Shown piece by piece: positions 40,451-52,680 of a DNA stretch of 64,000 bases (its first letter is position 1; each line of letters starts with the position of its first letter). The stretch is taken from NCBI RefSeq assembly GCF_009914755.1, contig NC_060936.1; one strand, written 5' to 3'. The notes under the pieces were generated by a model. It searched no databases. It saw only the letters and a list, made by a program, of their open reading frames with translations, and had not been told where the DNA came from. The translations under genes were made by a program, and so were the position numbers. This DNA is from the human T2T-CHM13v2.0 reference genome, Homo sapiens.

Positions 40451-43400
40451 TATTTATCTAGTGATGAACAAAATTCAGGTGAAACTTGCAGTGAAGCGTA
40501 CAGAATTGTTCTTATTTTATTAAAAAGATTATGCTAACAAAATAAAAGAACACAAATAATATACTAACGATGTCATTGGTGCTGCTGTGGTTGATGTTGT
40601 TAATGTAGAGGCTAAGAAAGGATCAAGAAAAAAAATGAAACCTGTTAAATATCTCACCATCATACATTTTACTGTTGTTTTCCTTATCTGAATGAAGAAA
40701 GAGAATTCAAATACCTTTCAATTATTTAAAGAAAAATACAAGGAGGTTAAAAATAAAATACGTAAATTCCAACTTACTTGGGTAGAACATAATTTTTTAA
40801 ATGTTGATAACTCCAGCAAAAGTCATAAAAGAAAAAAAAAACAGGATTATGACTAGGAAGCAAATAAAAACTACAAATAAGAAAGGTCAACATGAATTCA
40901 ATAAGTATCAATGTGAAAATTTCCTCCTTTAAAAAATTCTCATTATGTGTAAAAAGTATCCAGCTATATTTCCTTTTCTTTCTGAAAAGTATACTGAGGC
41001 AATGTATTTCTTACTGTCTCTTGCTCTTGCTCTCTTTGGTTAATAGAACTTCCCTCAATGCCTGAGTTTCTACAGACCTTGGTAAATTATGTGCCATAGA
41101 CCTGCGACTCTTTAACGCTCATTCTCACAGTTTTATCTTTCTTAGGAGGTGGGAAAAATATGAATACAACAAAGTGTAAGTGTTAGCTATTTTTCTCAAG
41201 AAAGCTTTGCCAAAATAAGTATATACTTTTCTCAGAAATATAAGTTTCATATAATTACAGTAAAATGGAGCACGCAGTGATTACAAAGTTCCAGTGAGAA
41301 AACTTGGTTCAAAAATTCGATCGGCTTGCTTTTATTGCTCATATTGAAAGACACGGAAGTACCTACTATGAAACCTGTTTTAATTAGGTAATAGAGTTAT
41401 AATGAAATGCTTTTCGGGAGAGGTTTTAAAATATTTTGAACGTTGCTTCCCTTTGAGGAGGTGATATATTTGGTGGTAAAACCCTCTCTCTACTGCTCCG
41501 TAAAATGTGGAGGAACCAATTAGCAGAGTTTTGAAAGAGTCCCTTGCATAAGAAGATAACAGAAACCAAAATGATAATATATGAAAATTATGAAATCGTG
41601 TTTTAAGAAGAAAACAGTAATAGAAAAGTGTTTTATTTTATCTCTAGGTATATTTTATCTTAAAATTTCTGCCTCAGAAATTAGGCCCAACCTGAAGAAG
41701 AAATCTACTCTTGACTTGGCATACACATGAACTACTTGGTGAGAAGGATATGGCAAAGAAGTTCACACATTCAGGACCTCTTTATGAAACTGAGTTGTTC
41801 GGCTCATATTGCTAGGATTTGTTGGAGCTAAAGAGCAGTCCAAAATGAAGTGAAGAGAGAGAAAAATATTGTAGTGAAGAGAATCTAAGAATTTATCATT
41901 TCTTTTACCTGTCCATTCTCTGCTTGTCCTAGGAAACAAAGGGGTTGTCCCTCCTGACGGATAGCGGGAGCTGTAGAAAGGTTGTCATGAATGTCTAAGC
42001 AATAAAGGATCCTTGGCATTTTGTCATTTCCAATTCTTTTTGTCTCACATTTCCTGGGATGCGAGAGATATTGCAGAGTGGGGTAAGGGTGCGGATAACA
42101 GCTTGAAATTTTTTCCTTCCACCCTTGCTTCTGTTACAGAAAATTCTTGAAGTTGTTCAGCATTTAGGGATCATCTAGGTGGCATGCAGAAGCAAATCAA
42201 ATAGACTGAGAGTAGGAGACAACGTTTCTACATTCGTGATAGAAAACAAAACCTGGCATGGGGAAGGTTATGAGCCATCTACAATGGAAGATTCTCAATT
42301 GACTTGGTAATCAAAAAGATAACTACCTAAAGTATCAATTAATAGAGAAAGCCCTCTACATTTCAACTTGGAAATGATAAAGAATTCTAATCCAGAAAGA
42401 GGATAAAAGTCGATATGTTAGATATGGGTTAGAAGTGGGAGAGTGAGAGAATAGAACCAAGACAAACAAACAAAAAATGCCCTGACTCCCTGAAATCTTC
42501 CTCTCTCTGTAGGGATAGCTAATAAAAAGAAGCCTACAGACAATAAAAGTTAAAATTCTATGCTTACACACATCTTGTTATCACTTTCAACCATGAGCAA
42601 CTGTTTAATATGTGTGACTTAATCTTTCTGTTTTTACAGATAAGGACGTGTAATTTCTGAAATAGGGCAGGGAACTTGAAACTGTGAGTTGAACAAATGC
42701 ATAAACTAATTAAGTTAAAATTAGTGCTGTGAGGCTCAGTCTCAAAAAATTATTGTCTATGTGTTAAAGTCACCTTCTAAATATATAATTAAAAATAATT
42801 AATTTGAACATGAAACTCTCATTGATAAAAGAGAAGGAAAAATCTTTGTGAAACTTTCTTTTCAAGGTTGCATTATGATTTTCCAGGAATAGTTACGTGT
42901 TTGTATAAAACCGTTTTCATATTCGTTTATTCCAAGATGATTTCCAACCTAATAAAACTAAAATGCAGTTAAACATTCGACTGGATATTAAAGCATGATT
43001 TGTTTTTCAAAAGAAACATGTACCTTTTGAGCTCCCAACCGAAAATTGTAGCATGCCAACAATTAGAAAAAAAATGTAATTTTTTTCTTTTTATTTGTTC
43101 TAAAATAAATAAATAAATAAGGATACATATGCAGAACGTGCAGGTTTGTTACAAAGGTATACATGTACCATGGTGGTTTGCTGCACCTATTGACCCATCC
43201 TCTAAGTTCCCTTCCCTCACCCCCAACCCAGCAACAGGCCCTGGTGTGTATTGTTCCCCTCTCTGTGTCCATGTGTTCTCAATGTTCATCGACAACTTAT
43301 GAGTGAGAACATGTGGTGTTTGGTTTTCTGTTCCTGTGTTAGTTTGCTGAGGATGATGGCTTCAAGCTTCATCCATGTCCCTGCAAAGGACATAATCTCA

Positions 43401-46400
43401 TTCCTTTTTATGGCTGCATAGTATTCCATGGTGTATGTAGAACACATTTTCTTTATCCGGTCTACCGTTAATGGGCATTTGGATTAGTTCCATGTTTTTG
43501 CTATTGTAAATAATGCTGGCAATCCTGTAAATAGGTTACATGTGCATGTGTCTTTATAGTAGAATGATTTATACTCCTTTGGGTATATACCCAGTAATGG
43601 GATTGCTGGGTCAAATGATATTTCTGTCTCTAGATCCTTGAGGAATCACCATACTGTCTTTCACACGGTTGAACTAATTTACATTCCCACCAACAGTTTA
43701 AAAGCATTCCTGTTTCTCCACAGCCTCACCAGCATCTATGGCTTCCTGACTTTTTAATGATAGCCATTCTGACTGGCTTGAGATGGTATCTCACTGTGGT
43801 TTTGATTTGCAGTTCTCTGATGATCAGTGATGTTGAGCTATTTTTTACATGTTTGTTGGTCACATAAATGTCTTCTTTTGAGAAGTGTCTGTTCATACAC
43901 TTTGCCCAATTTTGATGGGGTTGCTTTTCTTTTTTTGTAAGTATCTTTAAGTTCCTGGTAAATTCTGGATTTTAGACCTTTGTCAGATGGGTAGATTGCA
44001 AAAAATTTTCCCAATCTGTAGGCTGTCTATTTACTCTGATGATAGTTTCTTTTCCTGTGCTGAAACTCTTTAGTTTAATTAAATACCATTGGCTTTAGTG
44101 GCAATTGCTTTTGGCATCTCTGCCATGATGTCTTTGCCAATACCTATGTCCTAAATGGTAATGCCTAGATTTTCTTCAAGGGTTTTTATGGTTTTGGGAT
44201 TTACATTTAAGTCTTTAATCCATCTTGAGTTAATTTGTGTATAAGGTGTAAGGAAGGGGTCCAGTTTCAGTTTTCTCCATATGGCTAGCCAGTTTTCCCA
44301 GCACCATTTACTGAATAGGAGATCCTTTCCCCATTGCTTGTTTTTATCAGGTTTGTCAAAAATCAGATGGTTGTAGATGTGTTGTGCTATTTCTGAGGTC
44401 TCTGTTCTTCTCCATTGGTCTATATGTCTATTTTCATACCAGTACCATGCTGTTTTGGTTACTGTAGCCTTGCAGTATAGTTTGAAGTCAGGTAGCATGA
44501 TGCCTGCAGCTTTGTTCTTTTTGCTTAGGATTATCTTGCGTATACAGGGTCTTCTTTGATTCCATATGAAATTTAAAATAGTTTTTTCTAATTCTGTGAA
44601 GAATGTCAATAGTAGTTTGATGGGAATAGCATTGAATCTATAAATTACTTTGGGTAGTATGGCCATTTTCATGATATTGATTCTTCCTATCCATGAGCAT
44701 GGAATGTTTTTCTATTTGTTTGTGTCCTCTTTTATTTCCTTGAGCAGTGGTTTGTAGTTCTCCTTAAAGAGGTCCTTCACATCCCTTGTTAGATGTATTC
44801 CTATGTATTTTATTTTGTTTGTAGCAATTGTGAATGGGAGTTCATTCATGATTTGGCTCTCTACTTGCCTATTGTTGGCATAAAAGAATGGTTGTGCTTT
44901 TTGCACATTGATTTTGTATCCTGAGACTGCTGAAGTTGCTTATCAGTTCAAGAAATTTTTGGGCTGAGATGATAGGGTTTTCTAAATATAAAGTCATGTC
45001 ATCTGCAAACAGAGACAACTTGACTTCCTCTCTTCCTATTTGAATACCTTTATTTATTTATTTTGCCTGATTGCCCTGGCCAGAACTTCCAATACTATGT
45101 TGAATAGGAGTGCTGAGAGAGGGCATACTTTTCTTGTACCAGTTTTCGAAGGGAATGCTTCTAGCTTTTGCCCATTCAATATTAATTGGCTGTGGATTTG
45201 TCATATATAGCTCTCATTATTTTGAGATATGTTCCATCAATATATAGTTTATTGAGAGTTTTTAACACTAAGGGATGTTGACTTTTATCAAAGGCTTTTC
45301 TTAATCTATTGAGATAATCATGTGGTTTTTGACTTTGGTTCTGTTTATGTGATGGATTATTTATTGATTTGTGTATGTTGAACCAGCCTTGCATCCTAGG
45401 GATGAAGTTGACTTGAATGCGGTGGATAAGCTTTTTGATGTGCTGCTGGATTCAGTTTGCCAGTATTTTATTGAAGATTTTTGCATTGATATTCATCAGG
45501 GGTATGGGTCTGAAGTTTTCTCTTTTTTGTTTTGTCTCTTCCTGGTTTTGGTATCAGAATGATGCTGGCTTCATAAAATGAATTAGGGAGGACTCCCTCC
45601 TTTTCAATTGTTTGGAATAGTTTCAGAAGGAATAGTACCAGCTCCTCTTTGTATTTCTGGTAGAATTCAGATGTGAGTCCATCTGATCCTGGGCTTTTTT
45701 TTGTTGGTAGGCTATTAATTATTGCCTCAATTTCAGAGCTTGTTATTGGTCTATTCAGGGATTCAACTTCTTCCTGGTTTAGTCTTCGTAGAGTGTAGGC
45801 ATCCAGGAATTTATCCATTTTTTTCTAGATTTTCTAGTTTATTTGCATAGAGGTGTTTATGGTATTCTTGATGGTAGTTTGTATTTCTGTGTGGTCACTG
45901 GTGATATCCCCTTTAACATTTTTTATTATGTCTACTTGATTCTGCTCTCTCTCTCTCTTCTTATTAGTCGAGCTAGAAGTCTATCTATTTTGTTAATCTT
46001 TTCAAAAAACCAGCTTCTGGATTAATTGATTTTTAGGAGGGTTTTTCATGTCTCTATCATCTTCAATTCTTCTCTGATTTTAGTTATTTCTTGTCTTCTG
46101 CTAACTTTTGGATTCGTTTGCTCTTGCCTCTCTAGCTCTTTTAATTGTGATGTTATGGTGTCAATTTGAGATCTTTCCAGCTTTCTAATGTGGGCATTTA
46201 GTGCTATAAATTTCCCTCTTAACACTGCTTTAGCTGTGTCCCAGAGATTCTGGTATGTTGTCTCTTGTTGTTCAATTTCCCTGTAATGGTGCGGTTTTGA
46301 GTGAGTTTCTTAATCCTGAGTACTAATTTGATTGCACTGTGGTCCAAGAGACTATTTATATGGTTTCAGTTCTTTTGCATTTGCTGAGCAGTCTTTTACT

Positions 46401-47496
46401 TCCAATTATGTGGTCGATTTTAGAATAAATGCCATGTGGCACTGAGAAGAATGTACTTTCTGTTGATTTGGGGTAGAGAGTTCTGTAGATGTCTACTAGG
46501 TCCACTTGATCCAGACCTGAGTTCAAGTCCTGAATATCCTTGTTAATTTTCTATCTCATTGATCTGTCCAAAACTGACAGTGGGGTGATAAAAGTCTCCC
46601 ACTATTATTGTGTAGGAATCTAAGTCTCTTTGTAGGTCTCTAAGAACTTATTTTATGAATCTGGGTGCTCCTGTATTGGGTGCACATATATTCAGAATAG
46701 TTAGCTCTTCTTGTTGAATTGTTACCTTTACCATTATGTAATTCTCTTCTTTGCCTTTTTTGATCTTTGTTGGTTTAAAGTCTGTTTTGTCAGAGAGTAG
46801 GATTGCAACCCCTGCTTTTTTTTTTTTCTGTTTTTGCTTTCCATTTGCTTGGTAAATTTTCCTGCATCCCTTTATTTTGAGCCTGTGTGTGTCTTTGCAA
46901 GTAAGATGGGTCTCCTGAATACAGCACACCAATGGGTCTTGACTCCTTTTCCAATTTTTCAGTCTGTGTCTTTTAATTGGGGCATTTAGTCCATTTGGCC
47001 CATGTGTGAATTTGATCCTGTCATCATGATGCTGTTTGGTTATTTTGCACACTAGTTGATGCAGTTTCTTCATAGTGTCATTGGTCTTTATATTTTAGTG
47101 TGTTTTTGCAGTGGCTGGTACTGGTTTTTCCTTTCCATATTTAGTGATTCTTTCAGGAGCGATTGCAGGGCTAATGAAATGGTGGTAACAAAATCCGTCA
47201 GCATTTGCTTGTCTGGAAAGGCTTTTATTTCTCCTTCACTTATGAAGCTTAGTTTGACTGGATATGAAATTCTGGATTGAAAATTCTTTTCTTTAATAAT
47301 GTTGAATATGGCTCCTGATCTCTTCTGGCTTTAGAGTTTCCATTGAGAGGTCTGCTGTTAGTCTAATGGGCTTCCCTTCATAGGCGACCTGGCCTTTCTC
47401 TCTGGCTGCCCTTAACAGTTTTTCCTGCATTTCGACCTTGGAGAATCTGATGATTATATGTCTTGGGGATGATCTTCTTGTGGAGTATCTTAATGG

Positions 47497-47574
47497 TGTT
47501 CTCTGTAGCTCCTGAATTTTCATGTTGGCCTGTTTTGTTCTCTGTATTTCCTGAATTTGCATGTTGGTCTGTTT
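47497..47574 (-). repeat. In-frame 39-bp tandem duplication in L1 ORF1
   Basis: Two copies with 4 mismatches; encodes ..NMQIQEIQRTK / QANMKIQELQRTP. Confidence 0.88.
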
Positions 47575-49446
47575 TACTAGGTTGGGGAATTTCTAGATAA
47601 TATCCTGAAATGTGTTTTCCAGCTTGTTCCCAGCTGGTACTCCAATCAATCATAGGTTTAGTCTTTTTATGAAGGCCCATATTTCTTGGAGGCTTTGTTC
47701 ATTCCTTTTCATTCTTTTTTCTCTCTTCTTGTCTGCATATGTTATTTCATTAAGGTGGTCTCCAAACTCTGATATCCTTTCTTCTACTTGGTCAATTTGG
47801 CTGTTGGTACTTGTGTATGCTTCATGAAGTTCTTGTGCTGTGTTTTTCAGCTCCATCACATCATTTATATTCCTCTCTAAACTGGTTATTCTAGTTCGCA
47901 ATTACTCTAACCTTTTATCAAAGTTCTTAACTTCTTTGCATTGGGTTAGAACATGCTCCTTTAGCTCATATAGTTTTTTATTACTCATCTTCTGAAGCCT
48001 ACTTCTGTCAATTCATCCATCTGACGCTCCGTCCAGTTCTGCACCCTTAATGGAGAGATGTTGCGATCATTTGGAGGAGAAGAGGCACTCTGACTTTTTG
48101 GGTTTTCAGCATTTTTTCATTGATTATTTCTCACATTCGTGAGTTTGTCTAGTTTTGCTCTTTGAAGCTGCTGACCCTTGGATGGGGTTTTTGTGGGGGC
48201 CTTTTGTTGTTGTTGTTGATGATGATGATGTTGTTGTTGCTTTATGCTTGTTTGTTTTTCTCTCAATAGTGTCCCTCTTCTGTAGGTCTGCTGCAGTTTT
48301 CTGGGGTTTCGCTTCAGGCCTTGTTCATCTGATTTGCTCCCATGCCTGGAGATGTCATTCAAGGAGGCTGGAGAGCAGCAAAAATGGGCACCTGCTCCTT
48401 CTTCTGGGGACTTCTGACCTCTAGGGGCACCAGCCTGATACCAGTAGGATCGCTCCTGTATAGGGTGTCTGACAAGCCCTGTTGGGGGAGGTCTCACCCA
48501 GTTGGGTGGCATGGGGAGCAGGACCTGTTTAACTAAGTATTTTGTCCCTTGGTGGAGAGGGTGTGTTTCACTGGGGCAAAACCCACTTGTCTGGGCTGCC
48601 TGGATTCCTCAGAACTACCAGGAGGAGAGGCTAAGTCTGCTGGTCCACAGAGACTGCGGCCACACCTCCCCCTAGGAACTCAGGGCAAGGGAGATCCGAA
48701 TCATGAACCTGAGCCTCTAGCCAAAGTTATTGGAGATCCTGCCAAGAAAGTCCCACCCACTGAGGAAGGATGGGTCAGGGTTAGACCTACAGAGGCACAC
48801 TGGCTGCAGACTGCCACAGCCAGTGTTGGGCTGTGGGGACAAGTCTTGGGACCAAGCTGTCCAGCCTCCCTGGCTTCAGCAGGGGAAAAGCACAGACCGG
48901 AGCTATAGCAATGGGTGCCCTCCTTCCCCCACCCAGGGAGCTTAGCATGTTAGGCAGTTGCGAGTCCCAGTGCTGGCTGCTGCCCCTCGCCCAAGAAGCT
49001 CAAATGGTTTAGACAGCAGATAGGGGCAGCTGGTGCTGGTCGCCCCTCCCCAGAGGAGTTCAGTAGGCTTAAGCAGATTCCACCTGAGAGGGGGTAAGGA
49101 TCTGCGCATTCCGGGGTTGGGATGCTAGGCCCTGGTGGCAGCGTGGGTTCACGAATGGGATCTTCCAATCTGTGGCTTGCACAGTTCCATAGAAAAAGCA
49201 CAGTTTCCCCCGCTGGGTGGCACTCTCACTCACTGCCTCCCTTGGATGGGGGAAGGGGGTTCCCCTTCCCCATGTGATTCTCATGTAGGTCACCACACCA
49301 CACTGCTCTTCCTTCTCTCCGTGGGTCACATCAGCATTCTAGTCAATTTTGATGAGAGAACCTGGATACCTTGGGTGCTGGTGAAAGATTCACATACATA
49401 TTATGGTTTTTTTCTATGGGAGCCTCCAAAAGACACTGTTTCTAGT

Positions 49447-49458
49447 CAGCCATCTTGG
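49447..49458 (-). promoter_or_regulatory. L1 5'UTR YY1-type initiator site
   Basis: Minus strand reads CCAAGATGGCTG about 12 nt from the L1 5' end. Confidence 0.6.
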
Positions 49459-49835
49459 CTCCACCCCTCCAAAATTGTAATTTTTATCCGAAGCCCTCAT
49501 GCTACAAATCAAAACAATATAACCTTACCAATTGAGAATGAACTTGTAAATTCAAATTTTTTCCCCAGATTTTCCTTTCGTTCTCTAATTCCCAGGTCCC
49601 AGTTTTTAGAAGTCTTAAAGTTAAATGAGGATGGGAAATAAGACGAGATTGGATCTGGTCCTCTGTCTACACCAGTTACTCATCCTGCCATATGCTGTGG
49701 AACTCTCTGTATCCCTCATCTCCAGTCTTAGGTCCAAGCCTCGTCGTCTTATCTGCTCAGCCTTTTCAATCCCATAAGGCCCAAGCACTGCATCTGTAGC
49801 ACCCCAGGTTATAACAATCCTTGTAGCTTTATTTA

Positions 49836-50108
<273 letters not shown>

Positions 50109-50219
50109 TAGATATGCTAGCAGATTGAATTAGCAGAATTTCAAATGTTATGTATTTGAACCAAGAAAAGACTAAGATAAAAGAATTTCCAAATTCTCGG
50201 TAAAATAATTTCTAAACTT

Positions 50220-50725
50220 AAACTAATTGCAATAGTTTCTCCAGATAATTGTTTGCAATTTGTAAAAATTACTCTGAAATGTATTTGGATAACTAATAGG
50301 CTGCAATAAATATTTGAATTTTAAATTTGGAGGGATGAGGAGCTTAATGACTCCTTTAGATAATAATACAAATAAATTAGCCATGGCATAATCACTGAAG
50401 TTATTGATGAAAAAATTGAGATTGATGAGGAAATTGACAATCAAAAATAAAAACACAGGTCTATTTAATAATCTAATCTTTGATAAAGTATCAAAGTTAG
50501 CGAGGAAAGAAGAAATGGTTTAATAATATGTTAGAATAGTTGATTGACAATTTGGAAAAAAAATCTCAAACCACATATCAGGCATAAAATGAATTAATTA
50601 TTCAAACATAAAATGCCAAATAAAATATGAATTTAGCATTAAATGAGGATATTCCAATCCTAAAATACAACAACATTTCCCATAAAAATATTAATAGAAA
50701 ATACATATGAGGTTAAGGAGAATAT
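50220..50725 (+). mobile_element. Old L1M ORF2 3' fragment
   Basis: aatctaatctttgataaag...gttagaatagttgattgacaatttggaaaaaaa...aaccacatatc. Confidence 0.55.
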
Positions 50726-50955
50726 TAAATATCTTGGGGAGGGTGGAATGTGAGGATGAGACTGATGTGGGAGTGCAATGCCTTTCAAGTTAGTGGCAGA
50801 TGTTAATGCAAGTGATTCACCAATTTGGCTCAAAAAGACAGAGATCATGGAAGAGTGACAATTTAGTGAGCTAACTTGTTTCCTTAATGAGCTTCCAAAA
50901 AGTCTGTTAGTTTGTAATTAATAAGGTCTAAGTCAGATTAGTCAGGAATCTATAG

Positions 50956-51079
50956 GCTTAACATGTATACAATTGCATGCCTCTTTCAAGAATAGGCAGG
51001 TGAAAGGTTAGAGAGCTTAACATGTGTACAATTGCATGCCTCTTTCAAGAATAGGCAGGTGGAGGGTTAGAGAGCTTAA
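50956..51079. repeat. 59-bp tandem duplication bounded by gcttaa
   Basis: Copies at 50956-51014 and 51015-51073 with 3 mismatches; third gcttaa at 51074. Confidence 0.95.
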
Positions 51080-51436
51080 ACCACTAACTATTCATATAGC
51101 TAGTCAAGCAGAACTATTATAGTTTTGAAATTAGGCGACTTTAAATTGACAACATTTTTTTCTTTCTATGAGATGCTATATATTGTAAAACAATGGTGAA
51201 GACATTTTAGTACACCTAAAGACCTGGGAACAAATTAAAATATTTTTCCTAATGCCCATTTATTCTCTAAGCAATTTCACAACACATTCACATATTACCA
51301 TGTTTTTTATTTGTATTTTTTGTTTTTGCTTTTGTTTTTTAAACCAATTGCTTTTAGTTTTTTTCTTGTGTGGGCTATCTGTCTGCTTTTTGGGAGAACC
51401 CTGTGAAAAGTTTGATCTGCTAAATACCACTATAGT

Positions 51437-51496
51437 TTTGTAAATAAATACAAATAAAATATTTTGTTTGTAAATAAATACAAATAAAATATTTTG
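51437..51496. repeat. Perfect 30-bp tandem duplication
   Basis: (tttgtaaataaatacaaataaaatattttg)x2. Confidence 0.95.
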
Positions 51497-51682
51497 TCAC
51501 ATTTAGCCAGTGGTCTTGATGTTATGCTAACATCTTCAATGCTTTAAAGAGTGTGTTTGGTAATTATATTCAGACAAGACTTGAGATGTAGATTCTTAGG
51601 TCCATTGCATATTTAAGCTAGAGAAGATAATATCACTAAAGGAAAGGGCATGAGACAGAGCCTTAAAGAAAAAGATTTATGA

Positions 51683-51870
51683 AGTGTTTATCCAAATGTG
51701 ATCCATGAATCATCCACATGAAAATTCTCTTGGTGCTTACAAAAATGTTACACCTGAAGTGGGGGGCAAACCTACTAAATCAGAATTTGTTAGTCAAGTC
51801 TAGGAGACTACATTTTAAAAAAAAACACGCTCTTATTATTTTATATATTGAAATATGGGAAACACTCAGT
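51683..51870. mobile_element. MER5A-like hAT MITE
   Basis: gtgttatccaaatgtgatccatgaa...aacctactaaatcagaat...cattttaa...tgggaaacact. Confidence 0.65.
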
Positions 51871-52399
51871 TATAGGGTTGCTAAAGGAAGAGGAGCCTGT
51901 GATGAGGAACTTAAAAGACGTCATCAGAGGAGTGGAAAAAGTATTTCAGAAGAGAATTCATTTCATGTGTTGAATCAAGTAATTAAAGATAGTAGAAGTG
52001 AAGGAAGAAATGGAATAATGAAATCATGCTGACATACTAACATTCATAAAAAAGTCAAGCACTGTTGGAATAGGAAATTGTGTTGAGAAAGTCAATATCA
52101 ATTCAAAGATAGAGCAGTTTCTAACTTTCATTGAAGTCATGTTGTAATGTGGAAAACCATGCATACATATAGTGATAATGACAGGAAATAACCATTAAGA
52201 GCAATTCAGGGGTTACTTAATAACATGGCAATAATTATCATAGCATAATCTAATAGGTTATAAAGCAATTGACCAGAAAAAAGGAATAAATAGATTCAAT
52301 GATGAACTGGACCCTTCTATGAACTCTCAAAGGCCAAATGTATATCTCTTAGGTTGAAATAATGCTGGGAAAAATATATACACCACAGAATCAGAAAAA

Positions 52400-52680
52400 A
52401 GGCTATACATCAAGCTCTTTCTAACACCACTATCCCTGAAATGGAAAAAATCTTTCCCAAAAGAGGAACTCTTAAGATGTCTGGACAAGCCAGAGTAATG
52501 TTCTTAGGAGGGAATATAAACTTAAAAGGATTGAGTATGTAAAGTTTAGCCAAGAAAAATTTAAGGGGGAAATGTAATAATTATCTGGAATATAATAATT
52601 ATGCAGATAGATTAAATATCATTGAGAGAAATAATTATAGCACAGTTTCATGAATAAAACAATGACCAAAGTAAGCAGTG
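52400..52680 (+). mobile_element. Ancient CR1/L3 LINE fragment
   Basis: About 52522-52570 translates LKGLSM*SLAKKNLRG, resembling the CR1 C-terminal motif RLKELGLFSLEKRRLRG. Confidence 0.5.

Larger units (their letters stand above)
43085..49470 (-). mobile_element. Full-length (~6.4 kb) inactive L1PA8A-like LINE-1
   Basis: 5'UTR, ORF1 fragments (47293-48135) and ORF2 fragments (EN 46648-47000, RT, C-terminal 44151-44672); 3'UTR gacccatcctctaagttccc; 15-bp TSD aaaaatgtaattttt (43070-43084) / aaaattgtaattttt (49471-49485); both ORFs broken. Confidence 0.95.

Noticed and set aside
44151-47901. L1 ORF1/ORF2 peptides as functional CDS
   Set aside because: Fragmented by many frameshifts, stops and deletions
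48117-48512. Poly-Q/H ORF
   Set aside because: Derived from a (CAA/CAT)n tract in the L1 5'UTR
50956-51496. Direct repeats as a CRISPR-like array
   Set aside because: Two-copy head-to-tail duplications without spacers in primate DNA; no cas genes
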